Assembly: GCA_032718475.1 (NCBI GenBank)
Contig: JAUCBJ010008883.1
Coordinates: 1 to 60,830 of the forward strand
Direction of reading: 5' to 3'
Length of the DNA: 60,830 bases
Source: Nemertoderma westbladi
Taxonomy: Eukaryota > Animalia > Xenacoelomorpha
Positions 1 through 12,874 of this stretch are shown here, one piece after another. The notes beneath the pieces were generated by a model. That model was not told the DNA's origin. It did not search any database and was given only the letters and a program-made list of their open reading frames with translations. Position numbers and translations under genes: made by a program. Positions within the stretch are counted from its first letter, which is position 1. Each line of letters opens with the position of its first letter.

Positions 1-225
1 GGGTGCTTTTTTGCCGAGTCAGCTCTCGGGGCAAATACCACACCCTGGTTTGCCATTCCACAGGGTGGGTGTCGCAATGGAGTCAGATATGAGGCCCATC
101 ACCCATATCTACTCTGGCGCACATGACCCACCATTGGCTGTTGCAGCTCATCTGCTGGGTCATGCCCTGTACCCTTGCTGCCAGGTGCAGGTCGCAGTGA
201 AGTGCTCTCAGAGTGGACATGAGAA

Positions 226-1335
226 CACTATCGTAGATCGGTAGAGGATAAACATAAGTTTGTTAAATAAGAGCCACCATTACGATCTGCTAAAGTGCAT
301 TTGTACAAATAAGTGTGCAAAAGTGCAAATTTTTTAATAAGGTCAAATTATATAGTATTGGGTTCTTTTCTTTGCAGATACTTTATTTTCATATTAATAT
401 GTTGTTTGAACCTTACTGAGCGCATTAGGGGATATGCGTACAAATAACCGGCCCTTATGAGGCTTCGATTGGGTAAATTAATAAAACATAAGGTTGTATA
501 GTATAATATTCTAAAAACCAGTGTGATATTAAATGCACTTTAAATAATAAATAGAAATCAAATAACAATTGGACCACACAATTAAAAACTCGCACAATTT
601 TGTACTTATTATATCGCTTCAAATTAATTCAACAGTGGATATTTGTGGGAAGGGGGAAGTTACTGTGTGCATTCGGGGGAAGTTTGGTGAACTGCATTTA
701 TGCAGTGAATCCAAACTTCCCCCTTTGATATATCATATACTTAAGACATGCTAGGGTGACGGGGAAATATTTGTTACTGTCACACTTTGCTTCCATTTAT
801 CCTATCCTTTATTATTACCCCAGTCAGATAAGAGATAATAAATCAGTAAAAACTAAACTAAACTGTCTTTCATGCAAACAAATTTCTAACTAAAGACGGG
901 TGAATGACCATGACCATGGAAATAATTTTAAATATAATTGTATATCAACTATTTGGGGAGGTTTCCAAGTTAAACCCGAAAACAATTATTTTGTTACATA
1001 TATAGTAAATAACGTTGTATGTTCTTCTTCCTCTCATAATAAAATATAAATGAAATATCTCAGATAGCTATGCCCTGTAACATTTCACAACCAAAATATT
1101 TAAGTGTGAAAAGTGTAGGCCTACCACACTCCGCCCAAACAACCGCAAACGCATAGCCAACAAATTTAACAAAAGGTTACATACATGTTGGGTTCATGAC
1201 GAGATGAGTGAAAATTAATCGCGTAATATAAAGTAAAAAATTAAGAGACGGGCTGGGGCTGGCTCTCCTCCACTTTCTTACCCAATGGATATGTTGTTGT
1301 AATAATCTAATATTGGGGCGGCTTTCTCTCGTTGC
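226..1335 (+). mobile_element. Non-coding interspersed repeat, probably a DNA transposon with a CAC- terminus (copy 1)
   Basis: 226-345 and ~515-1335 are diverged reverse complements of 30195-30321 and 27548-28450. Shared end CAC(T/C)ATCGTAGATC. Opposite terminus not found. Confidence 0.6.
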
Positions 1336-1621
1336 TAATTGAGTTGTCAGTACTTTCTAAATTTCTAAAACTTAGAACGATTATCACGTTTGTAATAAAA
1401 ACTTGCAAGTTGTTTCATTTTATTCGAACATACTTGTGTTGCAGACATTTTAAAAATAATATTGCATATATTATAATCCAATTATATTGTAACTCAAAAT
1501 TATAATTCAATATTATTATCGCGGTAGCCGGCTGGATCTTGAGACACATGTGCGGCCAGTAACCGTGAGTCCCTATCTGACATAAGATCATACCATATCT
1601 ACTTTTCTGCATACTGGTCGG

Positions 1622-1708
1622 TCTAGGGAGGAACAAAATTGGAGAATCAGGAAGCCTGGAAGGATCTAATTCCCACTGTCCAAGCTCGCTCGACCTAGTA
1701 GTAGTAGA
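1622..1708 (+). mobile_element. 3' tip of an RTE LINE (family B) with (TAG)n tail
   Basis: ggagaatcaggaagcctggaaggatct...gctcgacctagtagtagtag matches the reverse complement of 57311-57385. Confidence 0.7.
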
Positions 1709-2338
1709 CAGTAGTACTTTCATGTGTGAAATAATGTGCAGCGCTACACGAGTTATTTAACTTGATCTGACTGAACCTTACTATAAATATCTAAATATAT
1801 ATCTGAACATTACAGAATAAATACCTAACCTCTAACTTTAGCTTACCTATGATATGTTATCTCTTGTCAGTAATCTTTTCTGCTGACACGTTTGATCAGC
1901 GACGTTTGGCCTTAACAATTTTGGCAGCTATGCAAACAATAGTTTACATAAAATAGTTGACAACTTTTGCTGCTTTTGTAGTCTCCCTATTTATATTTAT
2001 AAGTGGAGATATTTCGTTAATCTGTGATTTACTTAAATATACATAGTTATTTAAGGACCAATTCATCACGTGTTGATGCAGGCAATTGCGTTGGGCCTTT
2101 AATGTCAGGTGAATTCACTATGGAATGAGATGCTGTTGCTATATAAGTCTTTCACTGATGATACCTGAACTAGAATTATCTTATTATATTATTATTTATT
2201 TTAATTATTTATCATTTTACTTTATTATTTATTATAATACTAAAAAGAAATATAAAAATTTAGAAAAAGAATTTAGAGAAACTAAAAAAAATAGTAAAAA
2301 ATGAAGGTCTTTGGTCGTTAGACCAGGGATTATGTCTA

Positions 2339-2930
2339 TTAAGGGGACCATTACCCCCAACAGGAGTGAAATTTTCAAAAAATTATGTTTTTGTAGGTTG
2401 GTAGAAGGGCTTTCATGTGGTGACATTGGTTTTCACCATTGAAAGATTTTATGACCACAAAACAGCACTTTTCAACAACACTCTTTATGGCTGATATTCA
2501 TGGCTCTCTGTATAAAACAACCTTTTTCTCAGTTTTTGACTTATTTCATGACGAAATTCCCTACTTCTTTTTATTTTTTACTCAATTGTCATCAAACATA
2601 TACCAAAATGTTTGGCAGCTTTAGGGCTACAATCGTGAGTATTGAATTGGTTTTGGATCTTCGAGAACCGATTTTGTAACTGCTACTCTTTGTCTATCCC
2701 AATTTATTTGATTTCCAAAATATAGCCCGAACATATTAAAGCTCCCATCAATTTTTCAAAAACAATAATCTTGGGCTGAAATATTTATAGAAGGCTTGCC
2801 TATATATTTAGATCAATTGTTTGAATATCTTCGACCGAGAACTGCAACCCAGTTGGTAGTATGTATTCTTAAACATGATATATTTATCGACATAGAAATA
2901 AATGCCTCAAAATTTAGAAAATTTTTGAAC
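2339..2930. mobile_element. Truncated Kolobok-like (TTAA|GG) non-autonomous DNA transposon
   Basis: Begins ttaaGGGGACCATTACCCCC, like the TTAA-GG elements at 22315 and 49672. Second end not seen, so the right boundary is approximate. Confidence 0.4.
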
Positions 2931-3252
2931 CTGCTGGTGATTCGGAGTCCTCGGGGTTTACTTCCTCCAGACGCGTGTCATCGACTTCCTGCTCCCCATT
3001 TTGGCTAGTTCTGACTGACTACATAGGGTCCTCCTACAATGTCATGTAAAATTAACCTCCTACTACTAAGAGTTCTTATACCTTCCACCAACCTGGTGGC
3101 TAATTGTTCAGCCCTTTCTGATTCACCCATCTTATTTAAATGTTCAAAATATAAGTTCATAACATAAAGAGTATCTAATAGGTTGGAACGAACATCACCA
3201 ATTCTATTCGCTTCTTCCACATCTCTCAACTTACAACTTACTTACTTGCTTT

Positions 3253-4386
3253 TACTACTACTACTAGGATCGGCATGCTGCATTGCAGCTGCATTTTTTA
3301 GGAATGCTGTGCCGGCTTGTCAGCAAAATTGCACCGCACAACTCCCTATCACCCATGACATTTGCTAGATCATCCGAATCTTCAAGGCCAGTGTCCTTTA
3401 GGATGCGTCTCAAGAAAGTCATGGGCTGTCCACCATGCTTATTCACGCCATGAGGCTGCCAAAGTACAAGATTATGCACTGGCTGGTCCTCACGGCGAAA
3501 GCAATGTCCTGCAAAGCGGAGGCGATTTTGTTCTAGTGTCAAGCTTGGGGGAACCAATGAGACACCTCCAATGTTATATAGTGTCTGGTTGGAGATGTGT
3601 GCATTGTACTTGACACAATGAACCCGGCGTAGCATTCTTGTGAATGTGCCATCCAGAGATTTGGTGTCCTCAGCAGTTAGAGCCCAGCATGGACTCCCGT
3701 AGAGGAGTACTGGAACTACTGCTGCTCTAAATAATCGGACCTTAAGTTTCCGATTAATTCTCGGTGACTTCCAAATCCTGGAAAGCCTATTCAAGGCTGC
3801 CCATGCCTTTCCCTTACGTATTCGAAGGTCCTCACCTGACTTCCGGATCCATGATCCCAGGTAACAGAAGTCGTCCACATGCTCAAGCATACCATCCTTT
3901 GAGCTTATGCTCATCCGATCAGAGACTTGCTGAGGACTTTCAAAGTTAACTGTCAGAATTTTGGTCTTTCTGGAGTTAATAAAAAGACCAACACTAGAAG
4001 CAGCATGTTCTAATGAGCTGAGGAGCCGTTGGGCTCCCTCTAATGATTCTGAGAGTACTCCTAAGTCATCAGCAAAGTCTAGATCAGTTAGGTACTTGGC
4101 AGGATTTCCTCGACTTCTGGAGCCAGTAGGTGGAGTTATCATCACCCCATCATCATTATAATGATCTAAGGACATGCGTAGAACATAGTCAATCACAATA
4201 ATGAACAAAAATGGTGCAAGTGTGTCTCCTTGGAGGACGCCCCATAACACTTCAAATGGTTCTGTGTCACCGTCAACAGTAGACACAAATGTTGTCGAAC
4301 CATCGTATACTATCTGATTGCTGCAATAATTTCATCAGGAATCCCATATAATGAAAGTATGCTGAACATACGTGAGCGAGAGACTG
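3253..4386 (-). mobile_element. RTE-clade LINE family A, 5'-truncated copy 1 (RT C-terminal half)
   Basis: ORF 3264-4286 has GVLQGDTLAPFLF, DLDFADD and RLRFAGHC motifs. (TAG)n tail. Near-identical to 47573-48709. Confidence 0.93.
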
Positions 4387-5239
4387 GACTTTACAGTAGA
4401 TCATGTACAGCCATTGCTGGTCTCTACAATACTGGTACCGGTACCAAGGAGTAGAATACTATACAAAACAGGAAATAGTACAATACAAAAATATGAAACG
4501 ATTAGAACACATTTTTCATGGTAATATGATAAAATACAAAAACCTATTTCTGAGATACGATACGAAATTCGATACAAAAAAAATCAATAGTATCTACATC
4601 ATTGTCCAGAATAGGGTGTTTCCCTTCACTTCTATGGGGCTTTCTATTATTCCTACCTGTCCCAAATACGTTGTCTAATGATTTCCAACCTGTCCAATAT
4701 AGGGGCATCCAATCAAATCATCATATGAGCCAACTCCTCTTCATCGGACCAATACCAACATTCCTAAAGTTAGGCATCCTCCTTATTGGCTATATAATGT
4801 AAAGGTTAATGGAAAATTCCACTGATATATAATCCAAGTGTCAACTACGAATCCAGGGCTCATTATAACAACCTATACTGGACAGAGCAACGTATTTGGG
4901 ACAAGAGCTGGTTGAGGTATATGTACAGTGGAAATTCCCATTCTAAATAAGGGCATTTGGAGTACTTGTTCCCTAGTTATGGTTAAAGATATACTGTGGG
5001 TGACTTGCAAATGGCCTGTAAGACTGTGATGCATTATAGGCTATAGTGTCATCATAGTCACGTTATTTAATTTCATGTTGTACAATTTATTCATTATGCA
5101 ATTTTTTCATTGTGCAATTTATTCATGTGGTGCAATTTATTCACTTATAATAAATCTAAATACATTCGTATATTAATAATTAAATGACAATCAAATTAGT
5201 GATATCGCAACCTCCTCCCCCAGACTCAACTTCATCCCA

Positions 5240-8200
5240 AATAGTCCTTAATAAGTCTTAAATTTGAATCAAATAGGTTGTTAGTGTCCCATATAGGGTG
5301 TTTGTGTCCCATATAGGGTGTTTGTGTCCCATATAGGTTGATTTTATCCAAAATAGCCTGTAGCTTTATCAAAATTATTTCAAATGGTTTATAAATGTAA
5401 AGGAATACTGAAAAGAATATTGACTTCATAATCATAGCTTTAATTCCAATTTGTCCCAAATAGGTTGTTTATGTCCCATATAGCGTGTTTGTGTCCCACA
5501 CAGGGTGTTTTTATACCAAATAGAATGTAACTTTCTCAAAATGATTTTACATAGTTTATAAATATGATGGAATTACTCAAAAGAAAATAGAATTCACTAT
5601 CGTAGCTTTAATTTAAATTTGTCCCAAATAGGATGTTTTTGTCCCATATAGGGTGTTTGTGTCCCGTATAGAGTGTAAATTGCTCATAATAATTTCAAGT
5701 AGTTTCTAAATGTAATGGAATAGTAAAAAGAATATAGAATTCACTATCATAGCTTTAATTTCAATTTGTCCCAAATAGGTTGTTTTTGTCCCATATAGGG
5801 TGTTTGTGTTCCGTATAGGGTGTGAATTGCTTATAATGATTTCAAATATTTTCTAAATGTAATGGAATACTCAAAAGAATATAGAATTCACTATCATAGC
5901 TTTAATTTAAATTTGTCCCAAATAGGTTGTATATATATGTCCCATATAGGGTGTTTGTGTCCCAAATTGCGTGTGACTTTCTCAAAATGATTTTACATAG
6001 TTTATAAATATAATGGAATACTCAAAAGAAAATAGAATTCACTATCATAGCTTTAATTTCAATTTGTCCCAAATAGGTTATTTTTGTCCCATATAGGGTG
6101 TTTGTGTCCCAAATAGCGTGTTACTTTCAAAAAATGATTTTAATTAGTTTCTAAATCTCATGGAATACTCAAAAGAATATAGAATTCACTACCATAGCTT
6201 TAATTTCAATTTGTCCCAAATAGGTTGTTTTTGTCCCATATAGGGTGTTTGTGTCCCGTAAAGGGTGTGAAGTGCTTATAATAGATTTCAAATAGTTTCG
6301 AAATGTAATGGAATACTCAAAAGAATATAGAATTCACTATCATAGCTTTAATTTAAATTTGTCCCAAATAGGTTGTTTTTGTCCCATATAGGGTGTTTGT
6401 GTGCCAAATAGCGTGTGACTTTCTCAAAATTATTTTACATAGTTTATAAATATAATGGAATATTTAAAAGAAAATATAATTCACTATCATTTTTTCTTTA
6501 ATTTAAATTTCTCCCAAATAGGTTGTTTGTGCCCTGTATAGGATGTTTCTGTCCTGAATAGGGGAATACAGCTTGCCAACACATTGTTGCTGAATAGGGT
6601 GTACATTTCTTATAATGATTTTAAATAGTTTCTAAATGTAATGGAATACTCAAAAGAATATAGAATTCACTATCGGAGCGTTAATTTAAATTTGTTCCAA
6701 ATATGTTGTTTGTGTCCCAAATTAGGTGTTTGTGTCCCATATAGGGTGTTTTTGTCCCATATAGCGTGTGACTTTCTCAAAATGATTTTAAATAGTTTCT
6801 AAATCTCATGGAATCATCAAAAGAATATAGAATTCACTACCATAGCTTTAATTTCAATTTGTCCCAAATAGGTTGTTTTTGTCCCATATAGGGTGTTTGT
6901 GTCCCGTATAGGGTGTGTTTTGCTTATAATGATTTCCAATAGTTTCTAAATGTAGGGGAATACTCAAAAGAATAGCGAATTCACTACCATAGCTTTAATT
7001 TCAATTTGTCCCAAATAGGTTGTTTTTGGCCCATATAGGGTGTTTATGTCCCGTATAAGGTGTTTGTGTCCCAAATAGCGTGTGACTTTCTCAAAATGAT
7101 TTTAAATAGTTTCTAAATCTCATGGAATCCTCAAAAGAATATAGAATTCGCTACCATAGTTTTAATTTCAATTTGTCCCAAATAGGTTGTTTTTGTCCCA
7201 TATAGGGTGTTTGTGTCCCGTATAGGGTGTGTATTGCTTATAATGATTTCAAATAGTTTCTAAATATAGGGGAATACTCAAAAGAATATAGAATTCACTA
7301 CCATAGCTTCAATTTCAATTTGTCCCGAATAGGTTGTTCATGTCCCATATAGGGTGTTTGTGTCCCATATAGGGTGTTTGTGCCCCAAATTGCGTGTGAC
7401 TTTCGCAAAATGACTTTACATAGTTTATAAATATAATGGAATACTCAAAATAAAATAGAATTCATTATCATAGCTTTAATTTAAATTTGTCCCAAATAGG
7501 ATGTTTTTGTCCCATATAGGGTGTTTGTGTCCCGTATAGAGTGTGAATTGCTTATAATAATTTCAAGTAGTTTCTAAATGTAATGGAATAGTAAAAAGAA
7601 TATAGAATTCACTATCATAGCTTTAATTTCAATTTGTCCCAAATAGGTTGTTTTTGTCCCATATAGGGTGTTTGTGTCCCGTATAGGGTGTGAATTGCTT
7701 ATAATGATTTCAAATATTTTCTAAATGTAATGGAATACTCAAAAGAATATAGAATTCACTATCATAGCTTTAATTTAAATTTGTCCCAAATAGGTTGTAT
7801 ATATATGTCCCATATAGGGTGTTTGTGTCCCAAATTGCGTGTGACTTTTCTCAAAATGATTTTACATAGTTTATAAATATAATGGAATACTCAAAAGAAA
7901 ATAGAATTCACTATCATAGCTTTAATTTCAATTTGTCCCAAATAGGTTATTTTTGTCCCATATAGGGTGTTTGTGTCCCAAATAGCGTGTTACTTTCAAA
8001 AAATGATTTTAATTAGTTTCTAAATCTCATGGAATACTCAAAAGAATATAGAATTCACTACCATAGCTTTAATTTCAATTTGTCCCAAATAGGTTGTTTT
8101 TGTCCCATATAGGGTGTTTGTGTCCCGTAAAGGGTGTGAAGTGCTTATAATAGATTTCAAATAGTTTCGAAATGTAATGGAATACTCAAAAGAATATAGA

Positions 8201-10416
8201 ATTCACTATCATAGCTTTAATTTAGATTTGTCCCAAATAGGTTGTTTTTGTCCCATATAGGGTGTTTGTGTGCCAAATAGCGTGTGACTTTCTCAAAATT
8301 ATTTTACATAGTTTATAAATATAATGGAATACTTAAAAGAAAATATAATTCACTATCATTTTTTCTTTAATTTAAATTTCTCCCAAATAGGTTGTTTGTG
8401 TCCTGTATAGGATGTTTCTGTCCTGAATAGGGGAATACAGCTTGCCAACACATTGTTGCTGAATAGGGTGTACATTTCTTATAATGATTTTAAATAGTTT
8501 CTAAATGTAATGGAATACTCAAAAGAATATAGAATTCACTATCGGAGCGTTAATTTAAATTTGTTCCAAATATGTTGTTTGTGTCCCAAATTAGGTGTTT
8601 GTGTCCCATATAGGGTGTTTTTGTCCCATATAGCGTGTGACTTTCTCAAAATGATTTTAAATAGTTTCTAAATCTCATGGTATCATCAAAAGAATATAGA
8701 ATTCACTACCATAGCTTTAATTTCAATTTGTCCCAAATAGGTTGTTTTTGTCCCATATAGGGTGTTTGTGTCCCGTATATGGTGTGTTTTGCTTATAATG
8801 ATTTCCAATAGTTTCTAAATGTAGGGGAATACTCAAAAGAATAGCGAATTCACTACCATAGCTTTAATTTCAATTTGTCCCAAATAGGTTGTTTTTGGCC
8901 CATATAGGGTGTTTATGTCCCGTATAAGGTGTTTGTGTCCCAAATAGCGTGTGACTTTCTCAAAATGATTTTAAATAGTTTCTAAATCTCATGGAATCCT
9001 CAAAAGAATATAGAATTCGCTACCATATTTTTAATTTCAATTTGTCCCAAATAGGTTGTTTTTGTCCCATATAGGGTGTTTGTGTCCCGTATAGGGTGTG
9101 TATTGCTTATAATGATTTCAAATAGTTTCTAAATATAGGGGAATACTCAAAAGAATATAGAATTCACTACCATAGCTTCAATTTCAATTTGTCCCGAATA
9201 GGTTGTTCATGTACCATATAGGGTGTTTGTGTCCCATATAGGGTGTTTGTGCCCCAAATTGCGTGTGACTTTCGCAAAATGACTTTACATAGTTTATAAA
9301 TATAATGGAATACTCAAAATAAAATAGAATTCACTATCATAGCTTTAATTTAAATTTGTCCCAAATAGGATGTTTTTGTCCCATATAGGGTGTTTGTGTC
9401 CCGTATAGAGTGTGAATTGCTTATAATAATTTCAAGTAGTTTCTAAATGTAATGGAATAGTAAAAAGAATATAGAATTCACTATCATAGCTTTAATTTCA
9501 ATTTGTCCCAAATAGGTTGTTTTTGTCCCATATAGGGTGTTTGCGTGCCAAATAGCGTGTGACTTTCTCAAAATTATTTTACATAGTTTATAAATATAAT
9601 GGAATACTTAAAAGAAAATATAATTCACTATATCATTTTTTCTTTAATTTAAATTTCTCCCAAATAGGTTGTTTGTGTCCTGTATAGGATGTTTCTGTCC
9701 TGAATAGGGGAATACAGCTTGCCAACACATTGTTGCTGAATAGGGTGTACATTTCTTATAATGATTTTAAATAGTTTCTAAATGTAATGGAATACTCAAA
9801 AGAATATAGAATTCACTATCAGAGCGTTAATTTAAATTTGTTCCAAATATGTTGTTTGTGTCCCAAATTAGGTGTTTGTGTCCCATATAGGGTGTTTTTG
9901 TCCCATATAGCGTGTGGCTTTCTCAAAATGATTTTAAATAGTTTCTAAATCACATGGAATCATCAAAATAATATAGAATTCACTACCATAGCTTTAATTT
10001 CAATTTGTGCCAAATGGGTTGTTTTTGTCCCATATAGGGTGTTTGTGTCCCGTATAGGGTGTGTTTTGCTTATAATGATTTCCAATAGTTTCTAAATGTA
10101 GGGGAATACTCAAAAGAATAGCGAATTCATTACCATAGCTTTAATTTCAATTTGTCCCAAATAGGTTGTTTTTGGCCCATATAGGGTGTTTATGTCCCGT
10201 ATAAGGTGTTTGTATCCCAAATAGCGTGTGACTTTCTCAAAATGATTTTAAATAGTTTCTAAATTTCATGGAATCCTCAAAAGAATATAGAATTCACTAC
10301 CATAGATTTAATTTCAATTTGTCCCAAATAGGTTGTTTTTGTCCCATATAGGGTGTTTGTGTGCCAAATAGCGTGTGACTTTCTCAAAATGATTTTACAT
10401 AGTTTATAAATATAAT
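5240..10416 (+). repeat. ~140-bp satellite array (left arm) with 20-bp TGTCCCATATAGGGTGTTTG subunits and ~1868-bp higher-order repeat
   Basis: Tandem monomers visible directly. Diagnostic variants recur at ~5621/7489/9358 and ~5931/7799. Confidence 0.95.
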
Positions 10417-12525
10417 TGTTGTGTCCTCTACGGTAGGGACTACCCTACAGCCTACAAATCTACTAATACGAAGCTATAGAATATCTCTATCTGTAAAGTC
10501 CAGTAGTATACCGCTTACCAGATCCTAGTAACGATGTATCTTACTGTAAGACTCTAGTAATGAAACGGGCTCGTACAGTATCTGACAACAAATCCCAGTC
10601 CAGGATATCTAAACAAACAGATACAATACACAAACTACTACTGGCGAGGAGCAGAGCCTGGTGTCTATTCTATGTACGTGGGCGGGTCTAATGCCTACGT
10701 ACTAGACAAAAGGATACATGTCCTCTAACCGGTATGGCAGATGTACAGTTACAGTAACAGACCAAACTCACGGGAAAACAATCCCCGCGCAGCGAATCCT
10801 AACTATCGCTGACAGTCCTAAATACAGTAACTTGCCGCGGTATGATTTATATGGTTTATATACGAGCTAGGTGGTTTACGGACCTAGCGTAACAATACTG
10901 CTGCGCAGAAAAACAACAGTTTAATAACGAAAATGAAATACTCCTTCTTGTCGTAACTAAATATCTGATCCTAATTTACAAATACAGATAAATTCTGCCT
11001 AAAATCTAAATTGCGCTATCTAGTAGGAACTCTAAGGGTAAATATGTTTTAGGGCGTGTGTGTGTGGGTGTGTTACAATAAAACAATTTTGGTGTATATC
11101 ATTTTACTAGGTTTTAGTAATTCTCTGACCGAAATAATACTGTGCGCTAGCTACTAAAATAAGCTAGTCGCGTTTTGTAGAACTTTATACTTACAAATGA
11201 CGTCAAAGCTCTCTCCTTCCTATCCACAACTCAACTGGGCAACCACGGTGTTAGTAACTACACCCGTGATCGGCACATATACCAGATTCTGGTTGTAAGA
11301 CAAGAAATAGGGATTAATTGCTACCGTACGTTAGCTGATCTGGTATACAAATTTGATTCTAGAACTCTGTTGCTGCGGTAGTTAGCAGCAATACCTATCA
11401 GTACGTGGCAAGGCGCGGTAGGATATTAATAAAACCTCCCTAGGCCAAGCGGTGTGCCGGTAGCAGAAATGCTCCTTGCCTGATCAAATAACTAACTTCA
11501 GGCGGGGGTAGGGTACTAATGTATGCTCTACAAAGCGAACCGGTACCAAACGGTCAGTACTACAAATCACTAAATTATGGAACATATGCTGTCCGTACCT
11601 AATGTGTACTCGCGTACTGACGAACGGCAATAATTCGCACCTGTGAGGTATACAGGTAACCCAGGGGTTCGTACTACTGACAAGGTGGGGTTCGGCCAAA
11701 ATATTGTTATTTGATCCTAAATTTGCGGCGTCCCAGGATGGCGTCACGCTTACCCTGATCTATAGGTCTTACGTCGGGCAAGGGCGTCAAACAAAGTCTT
11801 ACCTTCCTCATAACGCGGGCGCTGCATGGCAAGTGGAGTATTTCGAAGGGCGAAGGGGTGCGCGGTCTAAGCTAATGTGGGCGCTAGCGTGTTGTGGACA
11901 TCCTTTCCCTGCATTGCTGACGGCCTAACGGTCTAGGCGGCCATCTTCCTGATGCTTTGCTGTCCCAAAGTTGGACAAATGCAGAAAAACATGTTCAGAA
12001 GTTTATAGTATATTTACAGTTTACAAAGCTTTATCAAACAGAATTGCAAGGTTTCAACAAGAAACATAATAAATAGTATTTTCAAGTAAGTGTGTAGTGA
12101 ACTAGAAGTTAACTAATGATAGAGAGAGTGATAACCGAAGGCAAACCAGCCCTTTATATACTAAATCTGGGACATAGAATCTACTAGAACTTTCTAGAGT
12201 ATTCCATGGCAACACATTGGAGCAATAAGATATTCCATGCCCTATGATTGGCCCAACTCATCGTTCCATGTGTTGTACGCACCTCATTGGTTTGTTAAAT
12301 TGTATGAAATGAAAATAAATTGCCCCAAAATGCAAATTTCCCGACTATGTAATGCAACCAACGCCTTAACCATCTGACCACTACGCCACGAGATAAACTA
12401 GGGGTTTTATGTGTACTGATATGAGTAGGCATATTACATTACTGTAACTTAATCAAAATGCGTCGGATTTTCGAAAGTTTTTACGTTATACTACAAATGC
12501 TATCCCATAGTGAAATAATTCATCA
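10417..12525 (-). mobile_element. Solo LTR, 2109 bp
   Basis: TG...CA termini and 5-bp TSD ATAAT (10412-10416, 12526-12530) splitting one satellite monomer. Minus-strand TATATAAAGG near 12151-12160 suggests orientation. No coding content. Confidence 0.85.
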
Positions 12526-12858
12526 ATAATGGAATACTTAAAAGAAAATATAATTCACTATCATTTTTTCTTTAATTTAAATTTGCCCCAAATAGGTTGT
12601 TTGTGTCCTGTATAGGGTGTTTCTGTCCTGAATAGGGGAATACAGCTTGCCAAACACATTGTTGCTGAATAGGGTGTACATTTCTTATAATGATTTTAAA
12701 TAGTTTCTAAATGTAATGGAATACTCAAAAGAAAATATAATTCACTATCATAGCTTTAATTTAAATTTGTCACAAATAGCTTGTTTATGTCCCATATAGG
12801 GTGTTTGTGTCCCAAATGGCGTGTGACTTTCTCAAAATGATTTTACATAGTTTATAAA
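12526..12858 (+). repeat. Remainder of left-arm satellite
   Basis: Same monomer and orientation as 5240-10416. Confidence 0.9.
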
Positions 12859-12874
12859 GAAAAAATATTTTTTT

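Noticed and set aside
435-480. Second hammerhead (CTTATGAG)
   Set aside because: Core mismatch, and no stem II followed by GAAA.
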